DNA of 64,000 bases. Origin: Lama glama. Its lineage: Eukaryota. The notes under the pieces were generated by a model. The model made no database searches, had not been told where the DNA came from, and was given only the letters and a program-made list of their open reading frames with translations. Location: contig CM052818.1 in NCBI GenBank assembly GCA_028534125.1, positions 36,210,001 to 36,274,000 on the forward strand, written 5' to 3'. Of the stretch, positions 48,443 to 59,475 are shown piece after piece (within the stretch, counting starts at the first letter, position 1; each line of letters starts with the position of its first letter). The position numbers and the translations under genes were made by a program.

Positions 48443-49896
48443 CATGGTGAGGTCTCCAGAATTTATTCTCCAAATCTCTTACCCTTTTATGAATGCTCAT
48501 CTCTTTAGAGTTTTGCTATGTTGCCTGACATATTTTGTGACCTTAATCTTCTAAACCACTAATTCAGGTCTCAACAATGACCATCCCCTTCAAAACAAAC
48601 AACTGAATTGTTTAATTGGGAAACCTTTTTTTTTTTAATTCTAGAAATATTTTTGTAGTACTCCTGAATCTTTTCAACTGTTTTTTAAATTCAAGTTTTC
48701 ATTTGTTTCCTGTAGTTGCTCAATTTTGCTGGGCATATATTTCATTCATTCTGACAGATCTTGACTGGCTGCTGGCTCCCGTGAAATAAATTATTTTTTG
48801 ATTGTTGGAACAGCCTAAATTACTATGGCAGACCAATGAAAGGGGAAGTGGTCTCTATCTTTGTAGGCTGGGGGTATACAAGATGGCAAGAAGACTCCTT
48901 GTTCTTTTGACACCCCTGTACTTGACCATTCTCAGGAGCATGGAGGACTCCGCCCATCTATGAAGCTCCATCTGAGTCCCTTATGGGCTAGAGACTTGGC
49001 AAACACTCTTATGAAATATTCACTTTCCTATAAATCTCTATAAGTCAAGCTTTTTCCCAGGGTCCATTGTTTTCCATTGCTTATCAGAAAACTCTGATAT
49101 TATTCTTCAGATTTGGTTCTTACCTAAACCAAAGGGGTAAGGGTGAGGGAGAGAAAATGCCTTCTGGAGAATCCTCAGAGGAGATGCATAAGCAGGGCCC
49201 TGAAAGATGAGCAGGTTTTTTTCTGGAGAAGAGAGAGAGAATATGACTTTAAGTGCCAGGCTACCAAGTTTGGATTTTATTCTTTAATCACCAGGGAGCC
49301 AACAGCAGAGGTTTCCTGCCCTCCCTGTGACATGGTCCTTCTGAGAACTAGAGCCTATCCATGAAAGCAGCAAAAAATAGTCACCACACAGGTTCCAGAA
49401 AAGGCCTCACAAGGACTTTCTCTCTGAGTACACTGTTTGGCTTCTGTCCCTTTTTTTGTAATAATGGCTTTGACACAGATGGCAGGAGGAGGGATAGTAG
49501 CTGACAGGCATTTTTGGAAAATGGGCCTTATAAAAACAGATAATTTGGGTAACCTTCTTGTAAGAGGTGTGCTCAGCAGAGGGAAGTAAATAAAGAGAAT
49601 GGAGGTTTTGTAATTGATAGGAGAAACTGTTGCCCTGGGCAGCCTTTCTTTCTATTATAGAGCCCTATACAGGGACCAGGAGATTTGAGTTTGATTCCTG
49701 GCTCTGATAACTCACCAGTGATGTACCCTTTGAAACCAAATTAATCTTTCTAATTCTCAGTTCCTTTTTAGTAAAGTATTATGATGATCAAATAAAAGAA
49801 GGCATGTGAAGAGGTGGTAAAATTATGTCGCTGCAACAAAAAGAAAAAGTTACCTATTTTTGTGCAGGTGCACATACATGTATAATTCTTCTAATG

Positions 49897-50108
49897 CAGT
49901 GGTTTTTAACCAGGAGCAATTTTGCCCCCCCCCCACCCCAGGAATAGCTGGCAATGTCTGGAGATGTTTTTTATTGTTACATTTTATTGTTGTTATCTAT
50001 TGTTGGACCAGGGATGCTGCTAAACATCCCACACTGCACAAGCCAGTCTTTCACAACAAAGAATTATTTAGTCCAAAATGTCAATAGTGGCGAGATTGAG
50101 AAACCCTG
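49897..50108 (+). mobile_element. MER20-like DNA transposon
   Basis: cagtggtttttaacc...ggcaatgtctggaga...attgagaaaccctg, about 210 bp with inverted ends. Confidence 0.8.
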
Positions 50109-50499
50109 ATGCAGCCTATTTATCCAGCCTTTAACCAGGCTAAATTGCCTCATTGGTCAGCATCTTCCAGGGGCTGCTCCTTTAAGCCTCAGGAAAGGCA
50201 AGACGAAGAGCAGAAGTAACAAGAATCCCAGGACGGCTTTACTTTCTCTTTTCCCCTAAGGCTCCTCTCGTTTCTCTCAGCAGTACCGTTTGCCCATTCC
50301 ACTCGAGACACCTGCCCAGAGGAAGGGTAGGAAGCCAGACCTACAGCGTAAATGGGCTAAAAGCCTGACCTGATGGGGGAAATGGATTGCAAAAAGTTTC
50401 CATCTAGTTGCCTAGAGAGGGACGTTTTCTCAAAGCAAGCGCAGAAACAGCATTTTATACCAAACCAAGAGGAAAACTAGATTTCAGAAGCTCAAAGGA

Positions 50500-51000
50500 A
50501 AAGAAAATCTGATTGGCTGTCACTAGTCTTTTTTTTTTTTTCCAAACCAACTTTGCGTTTTAAATAAGGAAGGAGAAGGAAGAAGGGGAGGGTTGGTTCT
50601 GGTCAGCCACACCCCTCGCACTGCTGGGAGTCCAGCCGTCCATTGTAGTCGTGGCGGAGGCAGCGCTACGGCTCCGGAACTCTGCTCCGAAGACCGGCAG
50701 GGAGCGGAGGACCGCGCGGTGTCGCCTGGAGCAGCGGAAGGGGCCAGCCCGGAGCAAGTAACTCTTACGGGCTCCAGAGACGCGGGCGGGCGGGGTATCC
50801 CAAGTAAGAGGGAGTGAAAGCTGCTTTACGCTCTTCTGTGTTTTCCTGCTCCAATGCATCCAACCCACACGACCATCCTCACTGCACCCGGTCCCAGTCT
50901 GTGTCCTCCATGTGGGGTCCACCTGAAAGCGGCAGGGGGCGCTGCGCCCCTCAAAGAACCTCGGGCTCCTCACCCTTGTTCTACCCTGTGTCCTCAGAGA
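50500..51000 (+). promoter_or_regulatory. TP53I3 promoter, CpG-rich 5' region and probable 5'UTR intron
   Basis: Inverted CCAAT (gattggct 50511-50518), TATA-like tttaaataa near 50560, CpG-rich 50610-50960, donor candidates at 50758 and 50804, acceptor tcctcag| at 50997. Confidence 0.65.
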
Positions 51001-51002
51001 CC

Positions 51003-51140
51003 ATGTTAGCAGTGTACTTTGACAAGCCTGGAGGACCAGAAAACCTTTACTTGAAGGAAGTGGCCAAGCCAAGCGCAGGGGAAAGTGAAGTCCTCCTGAA
51101 GGTGGCAGCCAGCGCCCTGAACCGGGCGGACTTACTCCAG
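51003..51140 (+). CDS. TP53I3: TP53I3 coding exon 1
   Basis: [46 protein letters not shown]|gtacac. Confidence 0.95.
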
Positions 51141-54100
51141 GTACACAAGGGTCAGGCGGCGGCTGGGACTGGGCGGGACCCTAGGGTTGTCAATAAACAT
51201 TCACCAGACAGATGAAGGAATGACTTAGGACACTACCATTAACACTCATTATGGTGTGTGTGCTGGGGGTTCTGAAACTAGAACCATTTAGCCTCCGTTG
51301 TTTACACAAAATGTAGGGGTTTTGCAAAGCAGAGTCCACCCTGTGTCAATCCATTGTCTGCTCAGCCTTCCAGGTAAGGAGACTGCAACTACCATTTGTT
51401 GAGGAGGGCAGTGTGTGATAGGCCCTGATCTATCTCCTTAACTCCTCAGACGTCCCTGTTCACCATTTGTATTCTACAGATAAAGAAACAGGGTCCCAGA
51501 AGTTCAGTAATGAGTCCAACACTAGGAACCAGGGGAGCCGTGATTCAAACTGAGTCTTTGTCTTAAGCTTCCAAAATCTGTATTCTTTCTACTCTGAGAG
51601 TCCTGGAGCTGGCAGGGGGGCAGTATTCCTAAGAATTTTCTTCCAGCTTCTATTTGAAGCACTAAACTGGGCCAGCTGCATTTTTTGAAGTAATTGAGAC
51701 AGGTACACCAGAATCACAGAGGGGCACTTATTCAAAATAAACAGGACCGGGACCCAGGGATGTGTACTTTGAAAAAGCTCCTCAAATGGTTTTGATGCAC
51801 ACTCCTAGTTGAGTCCCTCTGGTCTCAAGCCACTGGTTGGAGGCTTCTGAAGATTGTGATGAGTGAGTACAGCGCCTAGCATTTGATGTATGATAATTAT
51901 CATTAAGAAGTACATGGTTTTGTTCCTGCTACTAATTTGCTTTGCCACCTTGGACAAGGCATTTCCCAGCCTAGACCTCCATTTATTCATTTGTAAAACA
52001 AGGGGTTTAGATGAGAGAAATAGCTAAGGACTCTACCAGTCAGACATCCACTGATTATGTGACCTACAGTCTCTTATTTGCATGAAACAAATTACCTCAT
52101 CTCTTTTTTCTTGACTTAAAAAAACCTACCTTTATCCTGAATTTTGTCTTGAAACAAAGGGCTCTGGGAAGAGAGCCAGGGATGGTGACACAGATTTCTG
52201 ATCATGCTCACTGCTTAATGCATCCTCTCTGCAGAGAGAAGGCCAGTATCCCCCGCCCCCAGGAGCCAGCAACATTTTGGGACTTGAGGCATCTGGACAC
52301 GTGGCAGAGCTGGGGCCTGGCTGCCAGGGACCCTGGAAGATCGGGGACCCAGCCATGGTTCTGCTGCCTGGCGGGGGCCAGGCTCAGTATGTCACTGTCC
52401 CTGAAGGGCTCCTCATGCCCATCCCTGCAGGACTGACTATGCTCCAGGCTGCAGCCATCCCAGAGGCCTGGCTCACTGCCTTCCAGCTATTACATCTCTT
52501 GGGTAAGGACCCCCCCACCCCCACCCCATGCTCACTCCATACAGCATAGTCCAATTTCTTTATGACTCAGCCACCTCAAAACCCAGCAGTCCTGCAGGGC
52601 AGCTTTAGCTGGCCACTGAGCCACACCCAATCCCAGCACCTCACCCTATTGTAACTCCAGTAGCATGAGGCCCTCATACTATGTAGCAATGGCTTGATGT
52701 TGAGGCTGGAAATCATGATTGGCAGAAAGAAGACCTGGAAAGCACTAGATAAAAAGCCTGTGAGCATCTTCACACTATAAGCCCAGCAGTAGTTTCAGAT
52801 TCTCAAAGTCATGCTGAGCTTCTCTCTGCGTGCCCTAGTGCAGTAGAAGGAGCCACTTAATCAACTCTTTAATTCCTCCTCAATCCCACTGAGGCCAACC
52901 AAGAGTTCATGTGAGGGTCCCTGCCTTTAGGGAACTCAAGTGTAACTGGGAATAGACAACCAGAGTTCTGAAAGGTGGCCCTGTCTCTAACGCAACAGAA
53001 CCTCAAGATGGGAAAAGTTGGTGTGGGCAAAGGTAGTCAGAGAAGACTTTCTGGAAGAGAAGGCCTTGAAGGGTGGTAGAGATGGACAGAAGGCAAGCCA
53101 AGGTGGCCTAAGAGTGTCAAAATGAGATTAGCTGCTTCACAAAGAAGTGAAGGATGACAGTTATAATTTGTGAAAGATAAGGCTGGGACTAGATTGTGGT
53201 GGCCTTGAATGGCAGGCTATCTTGCAGGCTATCTGGACTTGACACAAAAGCCAATCAAGAACCACTTTACATTTTGAGGAGAAAGTGACATAATGGAAGC
53301 TCCATTTCAGGACAAGCCTGTGCTGTGCCTGGATTTGTGAGATCAGTTGGAGGCCCATTTCAGAGTGAAGAGGGGCTGGCTTCATGTGGTAACAGTGGGA
53401 GCAATGGTTATTCTTACTCATTCAGGCATAGATTGGAGATATGTTTGATATTATTTCAAAGGTAAAACAGATTATGGATGTGGCTGCTAATAACTCTGTT
53501 TCAAAAAGTTGTTTCCCACTTGGACCAGAGGCAATAAGATGAAAAGAACTGTCAGTATGTTCTCATAAGACAGCAAGAGATTTGACATTTGGTGGTCCGA
53601 GGGCCAGGTGATCATAGTAGAACAAACCTGTGTGGAGAATGTGTAGCAGTTGCAAAGTCAAGCGAATGCTTCCTGTACTTTCTGTCATAGGAAATGTTCA
53701 GGCTGGAGACTCTGTGCTAATCCATGCAGGATTAAGTGGTGTGGGCACAGCTGCCATCCAACTTGCCCGGATGGCAGGAGCTATTCCTCTGGTCACAGCT
53801 GGCTCCCAGCACAAGCTTCAAATGGCAGAAAAGCTCGGAGCAGTTGCTGGATTCAATTACAAAGAAGAGGATTTTTCTGAAGCAGCACTGAAATTCACCA
53901 AAGGTAAACAAAGCTTATGCAGTTCAATAGGAGTTTCAGAGTTGATTCAATAAAACCCTCACTAGCCGCAAAGTTGCCTCTGGGTCCGTCTTCCCTCTGC
54001 TAAAAGCACAACAGCTGCCCAGGCCAAATTCCAGTCCTCTGGTGTTTGACCACTGAAGATAGACAAACAGTATTTAGGACTAAGATGGCTTCCCTGTGCA

Positions 54101-55915
54101 TTCTTGTAAGTGATACGATTCATACATGTTTTAGAAAGTGGACAATCACAGTGTTGGCCTGGAATCATTGAGGACCTCTTCCCAACCAGCCACTCTGCAG
54201 TGAATTAACAAGGGGTGTGAGGCAGAGACTAGTTTGGAGCTGGTCATAGGAGCCTTGGGTAGGTAGTTCCCTAAATGGGTGAGTAGGCGTGCATATCTCT
54301 GTATTCCAAAGCCAAATCTGTTAACAATTTTTGGCTCATCCCTTCTCATTTTTTCCACGAGTTGAAAAGGAGAGATGAAAAAGCTAGGAAAGCCATGTTT
54401 AGACAACCTAGTGCAGATACTTCATAACTTAGATATGAAGTAGCCTGCCCTGTAGCCTGCGGTGGATCTCCCCTGTTCTCCTGAGTGACAGTGAGTTCTC
54501 TACTTACATGGAGGTCAGGGGAAATATCACATCATGGTGTTGCCCCATTTCCCTCTTGCTGTGGCAAGGATCACAAAAGATGAAATGTATCACACATGTA
54601 TGACACAGTTCAGCTACCTAACCCCATTTGTAACCATGTTTCAAGTTCCACCTACAGATTTACTGCTTGCACTTGTATTTATTTATATGCATATATCCGC
54701 AAAAATACGATGGAATTCTTAGTTTGCACCAAGGTTTCTGTGTCTGACTAGCATCACAAAATCTGTTTCATGTGGAAGGTGCTGGAGTCAACCTTATTCT
54801 AGACTGCATAGGTGGATCCTACTGGGAGAAAAATGTCAACTGCCTGGCTCTTGACGGTCGCTGGATTCTCTATGGTCTGATGGGAGGAGCTGATATCAGT
54901 GGGCCTCTGTTTTCAAAGCTACTTTTTAAACGAGGAAGTTTGATCACCAGTCTGCTAAGATCAAGGGACCAAAAGGTGAGCGATGAGTGAAAATATGTGA
55001 TTTAATTATTATCCAGAAAAGTGTGACTCCACATAATCCTGAAAAAGTAAAATGTTGTCACATCTTGAATTAGAGAGCCTGTGTAGAAACCTGCCCTGCT
55101 GTGGATAAACAGGTAACCTCATTTCACAGAACTAATTGATAAAGGCCTCAATATCTTGCAAAAAGGTTAGCTAATACTTAATACATTAAGCATTGACCAT
55201 ATTAGGAAATACTTCTAATAGTTCTAAAAGTTTCAAAGACAGAACTCTTCCCCGTGTGCTAAGAAAGCCTCTTAGGTAAGTAAGGTTAGTAAGCCTCTAT
55301 CTTTAGCAGACTATATGTTCCTGAAATCTTTTCTGTGTGGCTTTCTAGCAGGTGCCAGCCAGCATTGGGAAGGTTTCTCAGTACAGGATTTCACACCTGG
55401 TAGGGGATAGCAGAGCTTAAGTATCCTTTTTGAATTGAGCTATGTGAGTCCTGTCTGTGGCTGCCCCCTGCTTGAAGCCTTAATTTGAAAACAGTCCTTC
55501 AGCTGTCAGTGACACTAATATTTTACTCCAGGCTTCAGTCTTTATCTGGTACAGAACAGAGTTTACACATTTGGGGGCATGCATGTACATGCTGGTAATG
55601 AAGGGGCTATGTACCCCTGTGTGTCTTTTCAGATATATACACGTTTCAGAGAGAGCAGAAAAGCTAAGCAGGATGGGAAGTAGTAAAGTAAGACCTCCGT
55701 CCAGGCTGATGGTCTCGTTTTCCTTATTTTAGTACAAGCAAATGCTGGTGAAGGCTTTCACAGAACAAATTCTGCCCCACTTCTCCACGAAGGGCCCTCA
55801 GCGTCTACTGCCGGTTCTGGACAGAATCTACCTCATGAATAAAATTCAAGAGGCCCATGAGTACATGGAGACTAACAAGAACGTGGGCAAAATCGTCCTG
55901 GAGATGCCCCAGTGA
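51003..55915 (+). CDS. TP53I3: Quinone oxidoreductase PIG3 (MDR/zeta-crystallin-like), full spliced CDS 332 aa
   Basis: 138+268+213+197+183 = 999 nt in phase; NADP-binding AGLSGVG motif; Y51 and S151 retained. Confidence 0.96.
52235..52502 (+). CDS. TP53I3: TP53I3 coding exon 2
   Basis: ctgcag|[23 protein letters not shown]...[15 protein letters not shown]|gtaagg. Confidence 0.95.
53691..53903 (+). CDS. TP53I3: TP53I3 coding exon 3
   Basis: tcatag|[26 protein letters not shown]...ALKFTK-G|gtaaac. Confidence 0.95.
54779..54975 (+). CDS. TP53I3: TP53I3 coding exon 4
   Basis: tggaag|[28 protein letters not shown]...LLRSRDQK|gtgagc. Confidence 0.94.
55733..55915 (+). CDS. TP53I3: TP53I3 coding exon 5
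   Basis: ttttag|[60 protein letters not shown]. Confidence 0.95.
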   Translation, partial: YKQMLVKAFTEQILPHFSTKGPQRLLPVLDRIYLMNKIQEAHEYMETNKNVGKIVLEMPQ

Positions 55916-56087
55916 AGCAGGAGTGAGCAGTACAGGACACAACTACCTCAGGACTTCCAGGAGCAAATTTGGAGAAACTCCACTGTAGGCAGTCAGGCAG
56001 CCCGGTGCTACTCCAGGCCCGCCTTTAATCAATCCCCTGGTCCTCCCCCAGCTTTCTCAAATGACCAGTGTAAAACCGGTCTATGGA

Positions 56088-56093
56088 AATAAA
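56088..56093 (+). terminator. TP53I3 polyadenylation signal AATAAA
   Basis: First AATAAA after the stop (about 170 nt), followed by GT/G-rich sequence. Confidence 0.75.
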
Positions 56094-56109
56094 GAGAGTG
56101 GACTTACAG

Positions 56110-56900
56110 TGTGGCGCGTGGACTAGAGCTGCCGGGGCGGGGGTGGGGTGGGAGCCCGCCGCCGGCCGCGAGGATTACAGAAGAGGCCCGGTCAGGGGAT
56201 GCTCAGCCTTTCCCGCTCGCAGCACCAGGGGGTCGGGCTACGGGTACAGCGTCTGCCATGACAACCAGCCAGAAGCCAGCAGGCTCGGCTTTGCTCACCC
56301 TCAGAGGCCCAGACTTACCCACGCGCGCCCTGCAGCCCCTGGCCCAGCTCTAGCCCCGCCAACTCCCGCAACTCACCGGGTTGCAGACCCAGCTCGGACG
56401 CCTCCTCAGGCCCCGCCTCTTCCGGCCAGCTTCAGCTGATCAGGGCCGCCACGACCGGAACACCTCCCCCTTCCTGAGCTCAGAACCCGCCCCTTCCTGT
56501 CCAGAGCCCGGAAGCGTCTTTGAACCTCGCCTTTCAACCTTCCGGCCTCGTAACTGGCTTAAACCCGTTTTGCCCCGGAGTCTTTTCGAAAGGGGAGACT
56601 ACGTCAGCACGTCTCGGCATGGGACGGTGATTTTCCGGCGTCTTAGAAGAGCTTCCGGCGGGGTCTGGATGTCGCTGTCCTGCATCTGACGTGGTGTTGC
56701 GCTCGAAGCTGAGCGAGCTCCGGAGGGGTGCGGAAGAACTCCAGTGTTTGCTGCGATAACCTCATAAGCCCGCCAAGATGGCGATGCAAGCGGCCAAGAG
56801 GGCTAACGTGAGTGTCGGGGACTTCTGCCTAGGCGGGGGAGCGCTTCGCTGCGTGATCAGAGCATTCTGGGCCCTCCTCTGTCCCCAGGCGGGAAGCCCA
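56110..56900 (+). promoter_or_regulatory. SF3B6 CpG-island promoter
   Basis: CpG-rich; several ETS-type CCGGAAG/CTTCCGG motifs (e.g. 56508-56514), CRE-like TGACGT near 56688, YY1-type AAGATGGCG overlapping the start codon. Confidence 0.8.
56778..56807 (+). CDS. SF3B6: SF3B6 (SF3B14/p14) exon 1
   Basis: GCCAAGATGG context; MAMQAAKRAN|gtgagt. Confidence 0.95.
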
Positions 56901-59356
56901 GACGTTACTGGCCTATCAAAGGGCATTTCATCCTGGCCCCGTCTCTAGGGATATGCTCCTTGAGCCACACTTCCACCCCTGCCCCTTTTGAGACTTCAGT
57001 CGGCTATCCTAGTGTCAGTAATAGTGTTACAGCCTTTGTTGCTTCACCTGCATCTAGGACCTGGCGTCAGGATCTTCTGCTTGGCCTAAACGTCAGTAGC
57101 ACACATGAGTCCACAGTAAATAGCTTACTTAATGTTGTTAACAGGCAACCGGAGCCTGGAAATCTCCCCAGATCATGGAGATCTTTGGATCCTTAAATGT
57201 TTCAATTCAGCGGTATTTTTGAGTACCTAGTATGTACCAGCCTTGAGAGATAGGATACAGTTAATCGATCATATTTATTGAACGCCTACTATGTACCAGA
57301 TACTAGTCTAGATATTGGAGATACAGCAATGAGTAAAAAAAAAAAAAACGCTACTGCTTACATTGTAATACTTAGAGACTGGGATGTATGGAAACCTAAG
57401 AAAAATTGTCTCTGGAGAAAGAGTAGTCAACGCTAAGATGCTGAGAGGTATACTAAGGTGAAGATATAATTGAATATGGTAAGATGAATACTTTTGTTAA
57501 CTTTGATGAGAATCATTTCAGTGGATGAAAACTTGATTGCGGTGGGACGAAAAGAAGGTAGAAGTTGAGAAAATGGAGACGGCTCTTTCCACTAGTTTTT
57601 GTGTAAATAGGGAGAAGAGAAATTGGAGGTAGTTAAGTGTTTTATTGCTTAAGATGTATAAGATGTATTTGTATGTCAACGAGAATGATTCAGTAGAGGG
57701 GAGAAACTGATGATGTAGGAGAAAGATGGGTTAAGTTCAGGAGTCATTTGGAGTAGGTGAGGGGTTGATAGAGTAATGAGAAAGAAAGTGGGTGGGTATG
57801 GATGAATGTATATGGAATATAAGGTACTTAACATTGGTTGTGTCTATTTTCTCCAATAAGCAAGAGTGAAGGTTATCTCCTGGACTGGGTAGGGAATAGA
57901 GGATAAAGCCCAACCCGGATGTTAGAGGGAGTGGTGACAGGTTTGGCAAAAGAAGAGAAAATGTGATACAGTGTCTCACAGAATGAGAAAGCAGATTTAC
58001 TGAAGAATTATATTGTGATTGTCTTACAGTGTTTATCGTCTATTTGAATTTAACCTTAAATCTTAAAATCTAAAACTTTATTGTACTTATTTGTTGACCG
58101 TTTGTCACCACTACTAGTTTGAGGACAGGGTATTAAGTATCTTATTCTTCCATTTATACAACACTTAGGTTTATGTCTGAAATAGTTGCTAGTTTAATAA
58201 ATATTGAGCAAATTAATATCTAGTATGTAATTCAGTATGTTAATAAGGAGCACAGGAGTGAAATCCCGACGGGAGATACATATTTGAGAGTCATCGACTT
58301 AGTGTGGAAAACGTATGTGGTTAAGACATTAAAGAGAATGCAGAGTTAAGGAGTTAAAGAGTCAGGAAAAGCCTAAAGGTAAAACTCTGCGGATGAGCCT
58401 ATTTTAATGACAAAGACTGAGAAGAACTAGCCAGAGAGGAGGAAGCCAAGGAAATAGCTTGTCAAGAATACTCAAGAAGGTAATAGTCACCAGTGTCAGA
58501 AGCCACAGAGAAGTATGATGAGAATAGAACACTGCAAGTGAAAGGTCTTAGTGCATAAAAGCAGTTTTCATCAGAGTGTTGGGGTTGAAGCTAGTGCGGT
58601 AGGTTGATGAGTGTCATGAAGTAAAGGACATGAGGCAGTGAGTATAAACTTCCTTTTTTCAGATGCTTGACTGAAAGAAAAGAGAAAAAAAAAGAACAAA
58701 ATAGGATAGTAAGTAGAGAGCTGATAAATTCAGGGAAGGCAAAAAAACCTTGTCTTTTTCCCTTCACTCTGTAATCCTTATACCTCGCCTGGTGTATATA
58801 TAACAAAGGTGCTCAGTATGTTCGTTGAATGAATGAAGAGGGATCCAAATAACTGTTTTGAGTTGTGTAACAATTGGCAGTACATAAGCAACTGCTCACC
58901 TGAGGAATAAAAGAAGCTAATGCTGAGGGAAAGGCTGTAAATACAAAGAGATGAGATCATTGATATAACAAGTTCCTTAGAAAACGAGAGAAGGGTCATC
59001 AGTGGGAGTCTTACTGTCTAACAAACAGGAACAGTTCCCTTGTTCTTTCCCACACATGTCTGTGGCATTGAGGACTTTTAAATGAGGTTGGAGATCCGTG
59101 TTTAACTGTAGTGACTGAAAGCCAGGGTTTTGTAATAGTCCCTTATTAGATCCAACTAACAGTCTTACCTAAAACCAGTGCCTAATTGCTTTTCTGGAGA
59201 GCATGCCATTTTCAGTAATAACATTGTAATTCTTATTCTTGGCTTTTTAAAATTAAATGTCATTTTTTAATTTGAATTTGTTATTTTATGAGAATTTTTT
59301 TAATGGTAGCATTCTTGCTACTGATTGTAATGACAATACATTATTTCTCATTTTAG

Positions 59357-59475
59357 ATTCGACTTCCACCTGAAGTAAATCGGATTTTATATATAAGAAA
59401 TTTGCCCTACAAAATCACAGCTGAAGAAATGTATGATATATTTGGGAAATACGGACCTATTCGTCAAATCAGAGT
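59357..59475 (+). CDS. SF3B6: SF3B6 exon 2 (RRM start)
   Basis: ttttag|[40 protein letters not shown]|gtgagt. Confidence 0.96.

Larger units (their letters stand above)
45460..48750 (-). mobile_element. Old antisense LINE-1 remnants with nested MLT1-like LTR (about 45560-45920) and younger inserts
   Basis: T-rich plus strand with L1 reverse-complement phrases. Confidence 0.55.

Noticed and set aside
50814..51002. In-frame N-terminal extension of TP53I3 in the ORF track
   Set aside because: Non-ATG start; the region precedes an acceptor (tcctcag|) and is more likely a 5'UTR intron. The ATG at 51003 matches the known N-terminus.
56083..56689. ORFs of 80-118 aa between TP53I3 and SF3B6
   Set aside because: GC-rich promoter artefacts with no recognisable homology.
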